Shown: piece after piece, positions 37,134-49,390 of the stretch | Position numbering within the stretch: position 1 is the first letter of the stretch | Layout of the letters: every line of letters starts with the position of its first letter | From: Octopus bimaculoides | Lineage: Eukaryota | DNA: 64,000 nt | NCBI RefSeq assembly: GCF_001194135.2 | Contig: NC_068988.1 | Coordinates: 33,947,684 to 34,011,683 of the forward strand | Direction of reading: 5' to 3' | The notes under the pieces: model-generated | What the model was told of the DNA's origin: nothing | Databases searched by the model: none | Seen by the model: the letters and a program-made list of their open reading frames with translations, nothing else | Made by a program: the position numbers and the translations under genes

Positions 37134-37338
37134 CACATGAATGCAAAACAAGGTGGAAAAATTAGTACTCGAATATCGAAGATAGAGTAATATGATTCTT
37201 TTTTTTTTTCTGTATTAAAGCTGCAACAATAAAACCTGTCCCTCAGAGTTTCGCGTTCCCGTTCGCCGAAAACTTGTGATCAAGACATTTGATCACGACT
37301 GTCCGACGAACGGGTAGGTGACAATTTAATTAACAGTT
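37131..37338. mobile_element. Repeat with internal palindrome and two inverted hammerhead-like motifs
   Basis: Plus arm 37298-37337: ACTGT-CCGACGA-AC GGGTAG GT-GACA-ATT T AAT-TA-ACAGT. Minus arm 37236-37273: TCGGCGA-ACG GGAA CGC-GAAA-CTCTGAG-GG-ACAG. Central GTGATCAA/TTGATCAC hairpin. Confidence 0.65.
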
Positions 37339-37344
37339 ATGTAC

Positions 37345-37727
37345 TACGATGCCAGCTCTTCACTACCAGTGAACTAAGGTAATATCCCTTATATTTCGAG
37401 GACCATCCGGAGTATTCGAGCGGTTCCAAGCAGTGCTGTTTTCTGCAAGTCCTCCACACATTTTGCAGCCCCTATTTGTTCCATGTACTTCTCAAGATTT
37501 TTACTCACTGTTCCTAGGGCTCCGACAGTTATTGTTACTACTACCACCTGTTTCAGTGACCACAACTGCTTAACCTCCCAAGCTAACCTGCCATATCTAT
37601 CGACTTTTCTTTCTTCCTTATCGCATACCTTGCTGTCAGCTGGACTTGCTATGTTTATGATCCACCATCGTTTGACTTCTCTCTCAATTAAAACTATGTC
37701 TGGTTTCCTATTCTCTATAATAATTCT
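37345..37727 (-). mobile_element. R4/Dong-clade LINE 3' end, RLE domain in one open frame (37389-37727)
   Basis: ENRKPDIVLIEREVKRWWIINIASPADSKVCDKEERKVDRYGRLAWEVKQLWSLKQVVVVTITVGALGTVSKNLEKYMEQIG..LQKTALLGTARILRMVLEI*. Confidence 0.92.
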
Positions 37728-37739
37728 CTATTATTGCTG

Positions 37740-38054
37740 AGACCCCACTTCGGTCATGACTGACCATGGGATTGCACCTAGAAAGTTAACCACCCAGGCA
37801 CAAGTCCGGGCAAGGTTGTTTATGGAATACCAGCAGTCACCAATGCATACTGGTCTCCCCTCTACACGCCACCAGTGTGATCAAAGGGAAAATCAAAGGC
37901 CGATACATCTTGGCACCTGTGATGTCGCAACTCATTTCTACAGCTGAGTGAACTTGAGCAACGTGAAATAAAGTGTCTTGCTCAAGAACAGTACACGCAG
38001 CCCGGTCCGGGATTCGAACTCACAACGTAAGCTCGACGCTCTAACCACTGAGCC
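37740..38054 (-). mobile_element. SINE family C, tRNA-derived, full length
   Basis: Reverse complement: A box TGGCTCAGTGGTTAG, B box GTTCGAATCC, then TTCTTGAGCAAGACACTTTATTTCAC..CACTCAGCTGTAGAAATGAG; tail GCAATCCCATGGTCAGTCATGACCG. Confidence 0.9.
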
Positions 38055-38084
38055 ATGCACCTTCATTCTGTATTATTATTATTA

Positions 38085-38090
38085 TAATTA

Positions 38091-38165
<75 letters not shown>

Positions 38166-38695
38166 CATTATTTATGTATATATCTATGTATGTATGTACG
38201 CATATATATATGTACTTTTATATATATATATATACATATATGATTACATACATACATACATACATGCATACATACATACATACATACATGCATACATATA
38301 TACATACATACCAGACAACGTCCTTTGTGTGTCGAATTCAATGATATATTTGAAAAAGAAAGCAATGACTATTGCACTATGCTGCTGTCAGTGATGTTGG
38401 CGTCGCTGATGATGTTGTAGTGTGTTGTTACTGTTGAAGTTGTTAAAGTCAGTTTTGTTGTGTAGATGTTCGTGGATGATAATTACAAATGTGTTGGAAT
38501 ATGTGGGCAGCAATGCCGGGAAGGGATCATTATGAAGCCGTTGACATTGATTATGACAATGATGACGGTGATGGTGACGATGACAACAGCGATGATGATG
38601 ATGATGATGATGATGATGACGATGATGATGATGAAGATGATGATGATGATGATGATGATTATGATGATGATGATGACGACGACGACGACGACGAC

Positions 38696-38726
<31 letters not shown>

Positions 38727-39059
38727 TCGACGATTATGATGACGATGACGATGACGACGACGATGACGATGATGATGATGATGATGATGATGATGAAGAC
38801 GATGCGACGGCGACAACAACAAAGACTGCTGATGATTATGATGATGGTTAGAAGTGAAGGAGGGGGAAATATAACTATTGAGAAACCATGGAGATAAGGA
38901 TACAATTCATGGACTTGATGAGAAGATAGAGATCATAAGACTATAGCAATTATATTATGATTATGCTAAGAACATATTCATCGTGATGATGATCACACTA
39001 TAAACATATCATCATTATCACCAACAACATCATCATTAGTATTATTAATATTACTATTA

Positions 39060-39136
<77 letters not shown>
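38085..39136. repeat. (ATT)n, (TACA)n and long (GAT/GAC)n arrays
   Basis: Directly visible; source of the poly-D/M/H/I/N ORFs. Confidence 0.97.
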
Positions 39137-39689
39137 GAGTGAGAGAGCAGTGCATGCCATCAAAGTGACACTGGGGTAAAATATACAAAGCCCAATATAT
39201 CCATCATGACTACCCGTCTGATAAGGGTACACCAGGCACATGCATCACAACTATATGTGCGCGACATGGTGATCTCATATCAAGATAAACAGTGCATGAC
39301 CTCGCAAGTGGGGCCCAGTTAGAATATTTTCGGGTCGATTAGCCCATCCCACTCAAAAGTTCCCTGAATAAGGTTTGTTTAAGGATGTTGAACAAAACAC
39401 CCATGTTTCCAAATGTGAATTATTCAAACCCCAAAGAACTCCTCTCAACACATGGCTATGATTTTCCCCCACTACTTCTGCTCGTGATCACAGATGCACA
39501 TATCGTCAGCCACCAAGGGACATGCTCAACTGGTTACGGTCAAACAACTGACCAGAAAATCTGTGGTATTAAGCAGAATATTTGCTGTAGCCCATCTTTT
39601 ATACCTAGACAAAACAACGTACATGATAACACTTCCAATCAATTAAGATCGGAAACCATGAGAGCCACTGCCTGGTACTGCATCAGGAC

Positions 39690-39691
<2 letters not shown>
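39137..39691. mobile_element. Complete ~555-bp non-coding element flanked on both sides by (ATT)n
   Basis: Starts GAGTGAGAGAGCAGTGCATGCC after (ATT)n and ends GGTACTGCATCAGGACAT before (ATT)n; partial copies at 3770, 32222 and 40337. Confidence 0.9.
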
Positions 39692-39756
<65 letters not shown>

Positions 39757-39984
39757 TCTTATTTTACTCCTCAAAGATCTCGGTCGTACTTCCACTGGTT
39801 GATTACGTGAGAGCAACCCGTTGTGAGCTGTCTCACATGGTCTCTTTCCGCAAATTATAATCTTTGGTAATTGGATGTTAACTTATTGTAGAAGACACTC
39901 CACACCAACGCATCAATCTGAAAACACTAGCTGTCCCCTATAGAGCAGACTTTTGGGCCTCCTCTGAATACTACAACAACTGGA

Positions 39985-40315
39985 AAATTCCGCCGAGGTC
40001 GAGTATACCATTCAACCGTTCGATAACAATAATAAAAAATAATTCTGAAGAACTGGGGTCAATGTAATTGACTGGAACCTCGCTCCATATTTTCAAGCCT
40101 TCAACCTATAATAGATAGGTTTTCACCGGGCAAAATTCTTAGCGGCATTTTGTCCATCTTCACGTTCATGGTCTACTGAGGTTGACTTTCTCTTTCGCCC
40201 TCTCCCAGTCGATAAAATAAGAACAATATGAACACTGTGTCGACGTAATCGACATAAGCCCCCCCACCCCACCGTATTTGCTAGCCGCGTGCCAAAACTT
40301 GAAATTATTATCATA
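39985..40315 (+). mobile_element. Two tandem old SINE family A copies (39985-40120, 40125-40315)
   Basis: AAATTCCGCCGAGGTCGA..ACTGGGGTCAATGTAATTGACT; CCGGGCAAAATTCTTAGCGGCATTT..GAGGTTGACTTT..GTCGATAAAATAAG. Confidence 0.7.
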
Positions 40316-40336
40316 ACTATTACTATTAATATTATT

Positions 40337-40500
40337 GAGTGAGAAAGCAGTGCATGCCATCAACGTGTTACTGGGGTACGAATATACGGAGTCCAATATA
40401 CTATACGGAGCCTAATATATTACTGATATGGTCGCACCAGGCTCATACATCACAGCCATATGTGCGCGACATCGTAATCTCATGTGAAGATGGACAGGCG
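40337..40500. mobile_element. (AAT)n-associated element, terminal fragment
   Basis: ATTATT-GAGTGAGAAAGCAGTGCATGCCATCAACGTG..CATATGTGCGCGACAT; followed by (CTT)n/(ATT)n/(CAT)n arrays to ~40930. Confidence 0.85.
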
Positions 40501-40682
40501 ATGACAATTATTATTATTGTTGCTAATATTGTTACTGTTGCTTTTCTTCTTCTTCTTCTTCTTCTTCTTCTTCTTCTTCTTCTTCTTCTTCTTCTTCTTC
40601 TTCTTCTTCTTCTTCACATTCTTCTTCTTCATCTTCTTATTATTATTGCTGTTATCATTATTATTATCATTATTATTTTTAC

Positions 40683-40733
<51 letters not shown>

Positions 40734-40785
40734 GTTATCCTAAGTGGTATCATCATATTTATGATCATCGACATCATTGTCGTCG

Positions 40786-40817
<32 letters not shown>

Positions 40818-40821
40818 GTCG

Positions 40822-40853
<32 letters not shown>

Positions 40854-41916
40854 GACATCATCATCGACATCATCATCGTCTTCATTGTCATCATCACTAT
40901 GAAATACATCATTATCACAGTGAGTATCATGATATGTCAACTGATATATATACGGCAACTTATTAACTAACATATCGCATGTGGAAACGTGATCAATATG
41001 GCGGATAAGATAAGCGTAACAAGATTTTCAATTGGTTATATTGATTCCCAGTTTTCTCTAGATACGCTGTATAGTGGTGGATATAATAGCATGCGCAGGC
41101 TTCTTGTGTGTGTAGAAAGTGTGGGTATATATAGGAGTCAAATGGATGTGCATTTATATATATATACATATACACACACACATACACACATGTACTTATG
41201 CTTGCATACATGTATGTATATATGCAAACATATATGTATGTATGAATATNNNNNNNNNNNNNNNNNNNNNNNNNNNNNNNNNNNNNNNNNNNNNNNNNNN
41301 NNNNNNNNNNNNNNNNNNNNNNNNNNNNNNNNNNNNNNNNNNNNNNNNNNNNNNNNNNNNNNNNNNNNNNNNNNNNNNNNNNNNNNNNNNNNNNNNNNNN
41401 NNNNNNNNNNNNNNNNNNNNNNNNNNNTATGTGCCTACGTATGTATATATGCATATATATGTATGCACGCTTGCAGACATGCTTGTATGTATGCATATAT
41501 GTATGTATGTATATATATAAAATTAACTATCTGTTTATGTTTATTAGTATGTATGTTTTCATGTCTATATGTATCTATGTATGTTTGTATGCATGTATGC
41601 ATGTGTGTACATATGTATATGTAAACGTGCTTAAGTATATTCAATATAATTCGCAATATCATATATATGCAGCAATAACCATATGTTTGAGAATGTATAT
41701 ATACATATATATATATACATATACACACACACATACACACATGTACTTATGCTTGCATACATGTATGTATATATGCAAACATATATATACATGTATGTAT
41801 ATATGCAAACATATATGTATGTATGAATATATATACATGTATGTATATATGCAAACATATATGTATGTATGAATATCTACGTACATATATATATATATAT
41901 TTATATATATATATGC

Positions 41917-42052
<136 letters not shown>

Positions 42053-42870
42053 GTGTGTATGTGTGTGTGTGCGCTTGTGTGTATTTGCGTGTGTTCGTGC
42101 GTGTATGCGCGTGCAGATAAGTGAACGTTAACTAATCGTCTATATTGGAATACATATATATATATATATCGTGGGTATCTAACTTCCATATTGCTTGAGG
42201 CAGCATACATCTTTGAGCATGAACGCATATGTATAGTAGCCTCTTACAACATGTTTGCTGGTTATATAATGTAGCATGTATATGTTTTTCTATGCGTGTG
42301 TATATATTAAATGAATTGCTGTTATTACGTGTTTTCCTTATTTATATTTGGATTAGTCTCTAAATGATTTCGTCGATAGGAGTGTATGTCGTCTACGTCC
42401 ATTGATATACATATATATATATATATATATATANNNNNNNNNNNNNNNNNNNNNNNNNNNNNNNNNNNNNNNNNNNNNNNNNNNNNNNNNNNNNNNNNNN
42501 NNNNNNNNNNNNNNNNNNNNNNNNNNNNNNNNNNNNNNNNNNNNNNNNNNNNNNNNNNNNNNNNNNNNNNNNNNNNNNNNNNNNNNNNNNNNNNNNNNNN
42601 NNNNNNNNNNNNNNNNNNNNNNNNNNNNNNNNNNNNNNNNNNNNNNNNNNNNNNNNNNNNNNNNNNNNNNNNNNNNNNNNNNNNNNNNNNNNNNNNNNNN
42701 NNNNNNNNNNNNNNNNNNNNNNNNNNNNNNNNNNNNNNNNNNNNNNNNNNNNNNNNNNNNNNNNNNNNNNNNNNNNNNNNNNNNNNNNNNNNNNNNNNNN
42801 NNNNNNNNNNNNNNNNNNNNNNNNNNNNNNNNNNNNNNNNNNNNNNNNNNNNNNNNNNNNNNNNNNNNNN

Positions 42871-42915
<45 letters not shown>

Positions 42916-43689
42916 CATATATATATTACGCATACACACACATATATATACACACGCATATATATACACACACGCACATATATATGTATATATTTGTATG
43001 TATATATGCATATATGTATGTATATATTCAAAAACACATATACATATATTCAACTGCTAGTAGATGTATGTATGTTTGTGCATGGAGTATTCGTCTATGT
43101 AACGATAAACATAGAATGCAATAATTGTAGTATAATATTTATATAAAAGTGAGCCTTATATATTGACATATTCGCGAGAGTAAACCGATGCGTGCAGACG
43201 ATTTTCTTCGTGTAAATCTTCGTTTTAATATTCATACACAACTAAAATATCTTCTTGCATGAAAACTTCGTTTCTCTTCCTAAACAAATTATTAGTATAC
43301 GCATACATATTCTTCTCTACACGCTCCTGAACGCAAGTTCATGTATACACATATCTGCAACTGCAGGTGCAAATCGATACAAAACCACGTATACTTAATT
43401 TTATCTGTAATGCCGCCAATCCTCTAGAATTATTCTATATCCCTTGTACCATGATTTTAATGTTAGATGGTTTGTTGCACATCAATAATCACAAACATTC
43501 TGAATTTAAACCAAAATTTGTGTTATAACGAAATCAATAATAAACATAAAATATATTTGGGATTAAATTCTGTGTCAGTATTTTTATATTTTACTAAATT
43601 CGGCGGAACTCCAGTTCAGTACTCAGTCTGAAATGTTTATGTATCCTCCTTAACACGATTGAAATATCATTTGCCTAAGCCCTACTCAC

Positions 43690-43830
43690 AGATGACTAAA
43701 ATGGTTAAGAAGCTTCCTAGCAACCATGTGGTTTCGGGTTTAGTCTCACTGCACCGCACTTTGGGTAATATACTCAGTCTGACCAATGCCTTGTAAATGA
43801 ATTTGTGAAAGAGTGCAGAAAACCACCATA
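43690..43830 (+). mobile_element. SINE family B, old head fragment
   Basis: TGGTTAAGAAGCTTCCTAGCAACCATGTGGTTTCGGGTTTAGTCTCACTGC..GACCAATGCCTTGTAAATGAATTTG. Confidence 0.7.
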
Positions 43831-45095
43831 CATGCGTGGTGGGTGCGCGTGTTCCCTTGCATACAGTGAACTATCTATAACTACATGTCTGCTGTTTAAT
43901 CCCTCCAACAATCTCTCTCCTTTCTTTATTTCTTTCCCTCAAAAATGTTTCACCTTTCTCTTGCTAGATTTAGATTCACGTTAGGGTTTTATTGTTTCCC
44001 TTCAATTTTGGTGAAATCACTTGATCTAGCAGTAAAGAATGTTAGATTCATGATCGCTAGGCTGTAACTTCAAAACGCGGACGGGTCACATGTAATGTTA
44101 TTCAAGGCATTTCGTTTTATGTGCCTCAAGTCAGCTCTGCTGATAATGTACCAGCAGCAGCAGCTGGAAGTTAAGCATGCTTGGGGTTGAGTACCGATCA
44201 GAATCTTGTATCTTCGGAAAATAAACACCTCAGAAAACCAAATAAATTCATAAGCTTCGTAAGAGCATAAGCTCGAAGCGCACTTTCTTGTGCTTTATAA
44301 ATTGCATGCGAATATGGTGAGACCCGCCATTTATTGCCAGTGCATTAATATCTGCTACGTATGAAGCTAAGTGGTTGTCTTTGAATCGACAATTATTAAG
44401 TGTTTTCCCTTCGTAACACTACTTGTTTGCTCTTTATTAGATCTATCCTCTCCAGTACCTTAACTAACTTGCTGAACCTTCTGTAAGGATATTCTCTTTT
44501 ACTATGATATTTCTTGTAGAAGGGTGTCACATTTGTCATTGATTTAGCAGACTAAAAAACTAAGTCTTTCTTTTCTATCAGTCCTCTATAAACCTGTTTT
44601 TCATTGAATTCCAGTAGTAATCACTCCCTAATGCTTCAGAAAAATTGGAAAGTAATCCATTTGAAAGAAAATCATGTTCTAGTTTGTTTTTTTTTATATA
44701 TCAGTTGTCGATTTTAAACTACGTTATGTTATCGAAATATAGCTTTTCCCAGCTTCAGGCGTCGTATCCTTTTAGAACCTATCATTTATTATTTTTTTTA
44801 CGCTCTTTTTAAATATACCATTTCCCGCCAAGTGGAAATCGCTGGAACACTCAATCGTTTTATCAACGCATATCATAGCGTTATTATAGTAAATTTCTCG
44901 ATAATATAGTTACACGAAGTTTTTCTTCAAATGCCTTGAATCCTTCACATAGTTTCTCCTTCATTACATAGTCGTGGGTGTTTCAAATGTGTACACTTAC
45001 TTTTAATGCTGATGAGGAACAATAGAAAAATGAAATAAGCATATCTTTCTTAAAGCAAATGTAACGTTACCTGGTTGCTAAAATGAAATATATAA

Positions 45096-46070
45096 TCAGG
45101 ATGAAACTCCATGAAGTTTCAGGAAACCGATTTCTCCACTTTTCGCCGCACACAGATATGTCTAGCACTTGGAAGAGATAGATTTGTCTGACAGCTACAG
45201 CCATCCATCTTGCACCGGATAGTGATAGAATTTTACCGGCTAGTGACCAATATTGTCGAAACGAATCGATTCAAGAACAGCTGACGCTTGGAATAACCAT
45301 AATCTCTAGGCAGGAATGTTATTTTCACCTTTACTGCCAATATTGTTTTCTCCTTGCAGCAGGCTTCGGCAAATATCAGTAGAATTTAACCGAAGAACCG
45401 TTACCTCCGCGCTGGTAGTAGAGGATAAGTGCATTGTCAACAGCTTAACGGGATCATATGAAAAGCGATCCTGTGATACTATTTCCTGATACGTATCTTG
45501 GTTCAATAAAGTGAGAAGAGCATATCAGCTTTGTCTACCCTACCCATTTTGCGGTGGTAAATTTCAACTCTATTAAAATGGGGTACTTTCACTTTCTTGT
45601 GATTCTTACTGATGCAGCGGTTGGCCTCTGATGCAGGACTCCAACTGAATAAGTTTTAAATTGTTAGGACGCGACGATTGTTATATCATCCACAAATCAC
45701 AGGATTGTAACATTTTTATACAAACTCACAGATGGATCCACGTCCCTCCTTTCTCATTGCTGATTTTGTATGTATAGGGCAACCTCCTAATTTATTAGTC
45801 TGGAGCATGCCAACAGCAAAGATTCCCTAATATCTAAGATGAATCATAATTTCAGAGTTTGCAAATAAGTTATCAAAGAAAACCTTAAGCTTATCCTTTT
45901 CAAGATCCTCTGTGAATTGTATCACCCCATTCTTGCTCTCTCCAAACTCATACAAAACGAACATTTTCAGGTAGCCTTTTTGCATCTTTTCCCCCGATGA
46001 CTTTAAACTCGTAAATGTAGCCCCATATTCCTGCACGAAATTATATTTTGTAAATTTGCTTCAGCTGTCA
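45096..46070 (-). mobile_element. piggyBac (PGBD-type) transposase relic, C-terminal half
   Basis: RAGIWGYIYEFKV; KVFFDNLFANSEIMIHLRY*GIFAVGMLQTNKLGGCPI..KEGRGSICEFV; G*YNNRRVLTI; GRVDKADMLFSLY*TKIRIRK*YHRIAFH; Cys-rich tail IRFDNIGH*PVK..RCKMDGC..SKC*TYLC; stop TGA at 45096-45098. Confidence 0.92.
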
Positions 46071-46724
46071 AAAGAACTACAATCGAAAAAAATATAACAG
46101 GCTGCAGGATATGTTGATGATAAAATATCTATCAAAACACAGGAATAACTTGTATGCAAAGCTACATCATCATTCAGGGTGAATATATTCATTGAAATAT
46201 CCTACACGTACAAACAAAAATATAAATATTGCTGTTCTGAATTCTTTAGTTTCCTGATGTACTCTTTAAGTATAGACAAAACTTCGTAATGATATATACA
46301 CAGATATCAAAGAAAACAATAAACAAACATATACATTAGAAAGAATGGGCATATCTGAATATAACCAAACGGAAAATTAAGAAAAGTAAGTCTTCACTTG
46401 CCTATATTTGAAGAAAAACTGCTCAACTGACTGAAAATTTCAGGTATCCTAGTTGCGGTTGCTATTTTGAAAGAAAACTTCATGAGTTTCCCACAATGCA
46501 TTTGATTGTAAACATTAGACATGCTTGGGGTGTTAGCTAAAATTATAAACTAATCGTGACCTGTTCAAAGTCATCGGACACTTTAATTTTTTTACATTTA
46601 TGTGTACACTACGACTTATAGTGTTAAACTCAGAAAGAACACAAAAAAAGATATATTTTCAATATTTTATTTTAAATTCAGCATGACATTTTATCCACCT
46701 TTTTTTTTTACCTATTTCGTTTAG

Positions 46725-46796
46725 GTATGCAGGTATGGATACATCTATGCGTTGATGGATGGATAACATGATGGGCTCATGAATCGCGGATGTAAG
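46725..46796 (+). other. Candidate 72-nt exon of an unidentified host transcript
   Basis: Long polypyrimidine acceptor CCACCTTTTTTTTTTACCTATTTCGTTTAG| and consensus donor AAG|GTAAGT. Phase-0 reading VCRYGYIYALMDG*HDGLMNRGCK has one TAA; the other frames are also closed. Confidence 0.35.
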
Positions 46797-47754
46797 GTAA
46801 GTACACTTGTAGCATCTATTAGTCTTTTATATAAGTGAGAACGCTTACTGAGGAGGATAAAAAAAATAGATCGGAACGAGTTATCAAGTTTACTTTTCAA
46901 CCTGCCACACCACCTGCAGATATGATACGTACACACATNNNNNNNNNNNNNNNNNNNNNNNNNNNNNNNNNNNNNNNNNNNNNNNNNNNNNNNNNNNNNN
47001 NNNNNNNNNNNNNNNNNNNNNNNNNNNNNNNNNNNNNNNNNNNNNNNNNNNNNNNNNNNNNNNNNNNNNNNNNNNNNNNNNNNNNNNNNNNNNNNNNNNN
47101 NNNATATATATATATATATATATATATAAATATACCGGTATATGTGGTGGTGGAGGTGGTGGTGCTGGTGCTGGTGGTGAGTTTTGTGTATAAGCATGTA
47201 TATGCATGCGTAAATATATACTTATCATGTCGAATGGCAGAAAATATTCTGGGAGGGCGTTCTCTTTTCTAATGATCCTGATATACAAGTATAATTAAAT
47301 ATGACAGAGGAGGAAAAATTCATTGGCATATATACATTTATTTTAACACCATACAACTGCACACCACTTCTATACTTATCATATATTACACCAATTCTTG
47401 AGCTTTACTCGTGTTTGTGAATCATGCCAACTTATATTAGTGTTTTGTTTTCGTATATTTAAACGAATATCTTCATTACTCTTTTTAAGTATCCCGACAC
47501 AGGGGAAGTGATAATTATAATGGTATACAATTCACAAGATTTCATTTCGACAGGTATATTGCAACAACGCCCTTAATTACCATGTTCTTTATCTAAGGTT
47601 TCAAATTGGAATTACTGGGTGGGGGCGATGTGAAGTTTTCCTTAAGTGTTGTTCCCTGCCAATCTCTATTCAATAGTTTCCTCGCCAGGGTTCTTCATTG
47701 ATGTGCATATACATATAACCGATTCATTGCAAGCTATCTATCTTTATAAATATC

Positions 47755-47767
47755 TGTCCAATCCATC

Positions 47768-47831
<64 letters not shown>

Positions 47832-47838
47832 CATCTAC

Positions 47839-47876
<38 letters not shown>

Positions 47877-47888
47877 CTCTATCTATCA

Positions 47889-47942
<54 letters not shown>

Positions 47943-47945
47943 TTA
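47755..47945. repeat. (TCTA)n tetranucleotide array; also (GATA)n at 51722-51838 and 59072-59130
   Basis: Directly visible. Confidence 0.97.
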
Positions 47946-48074
47946 TCCCTCTCTCTATTTGTGTGTGTGTTTTATTTTCCTTTTATGTGTTACAGCCATG
48001 CGGCTGCGGTCATGTTGGAGTACAGTCATCGTGACTTTGCACCCTTTCCACAGCCCTCATATGTGGTTAATCAC

Positions 48075-49390
48075 TCCTGCGTGGTGGAATTTCATGTCAT
48101 CATGCTTGTGCATTTTTTCTTGGATTACAAAGGGTATGTAAAGGATTTTGATACCGCGACCCTCATCTTTACTTCATGCCGGAATGTTGGTTCCTCTGGT
48201 CTCGTGTATAGGACAATGTTCAATTTCTTTTGATAACATCCACCTGCCTGTATAGATTTCTTAATTATTTTGGCAGAATATTTAAGAGCTGTGGGTCTTT
48301 GAGCGTTATGTTATTATAGTACCTGGTTCGCTGTTTAGATGGACTGGAAGGTCATTTTGGTATTATGCAATAATGTGGATTACAGGCATTTATATAACTC
48401 TTGACGCTGATGTTAAAGAGAAGCCCTCCAGTATTCTGCACTTAAAAATTATTTCTCATATCTTGTGTTTTCACTCCAGAGAGTAAAGTCCTTTTCTTTA
48501 TAGCTTCTCCTAGTAGTTCATCTCCTGCACTGTGGAAATTTGATTTTAGTATAGTAGCGTTCAATCGCCTCAAGCTTCGCTATGAGTTTAACTCTGTTCG
48601 GTGACAGTAGCTTTTCTTATATTAAACTACATGCTGTTTTGTTCATCCCACTTGGAGATTCTATTTAGGGTCGCGTTGCAGGTTTCAGGCATCGCTTGGG
48701 ATCTATATTCCCTGTGATTATTGTATACCATCGGCATAACTAGTGACAGCAGTTGTCTGATTGACTACGGGCATGTCAAATATAGCTACTATAAACAGTA
48801 ATGGCGTGAATGACTCCTCTTGGAATGTGTGTTTACCTAGAGAAGGAACCATTGGTTGCAACTGCCTGACTTTACCAGCTATGCCAAAATATTGCAGCTT
48901 GTGACATATCACGCCATGATCCACCTTGTCAAATGTCGTTGCAAAGTCAAAATATATCAAATGGCCATTTGCAACGTCGAGCAACAGATTTAAAACCTGG
49001 TCGCAGTGGCGCAAGAGCTGTATTAGACCGAATTTTCCAGGACAGAATCTATACTGTGTATCGATTAGCAAGGCATTTTCTTCTAGGAACGTTATCAGTT
49101 TCTTCTGACGATTTGTTTTATGATTGTGATGATATGTTAAGTCAAAGAGATAGACCTGTAGTTTCTAGTCTCCACTCTCCTCCAGTCTTTATGGGTAGGG
49201 CATATGATGCTCCCCTTGGGTATTTTAGGAAGTTTACTCACTTGTAAGATAGCTAAAAATGTATTCAAAATGGTTCTGCGGACATCACATCAAGAAGATA
49301 CCTGGGAAACTATCGAAACCAGTAGCTAACTTTTATCCAATTTCATCAATAGCCGCGAAAGCAATCTTCCGCGAAGCAATTTTCGAATCC
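48075..49390 (-). mobile_element. CR1-like LINE ORF2 relic (RT with internal deletion, plus 3' end)
   Basis: AAIDEIG*KLATGFD; RNYRSISLT*HII; LIDTQYRF; IYFDFATTFDKVDHGVICHKLQYFGIAGK; TPLLFIVAIFDMP..TSYAD; C-terminal LEAIERYYTKI, GLYSLE, PQLLNILPK. Confidence 0.9.

Noticed and set aside
38489-38851. Poly-Asp ORF as an acidic biomineralisation protein
   Set aside because: Nearly pure (GAT/GAC)n microsatellite with no signal peptide or splice context.
44165-44200. 5S rRNA-like fragment GGAAGTTAAGCATGCTTGGGGTTGAGTAC
   Set aside because: Only ~25 nt of partial similarity; the 5' half of 5S is absent.
44255-44285. GAGC-ATAA-GCTC-GAAG-CG resembling the 34808 hammerhead-like motif
   Set aside because: No CUGANGA-like core, GAAA altered, and no stem I.
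44500-45090. Possible mariner N-terminus on the minus strand
   Set aside because: Only vague motif resemblance and not colinear; left unassigned.
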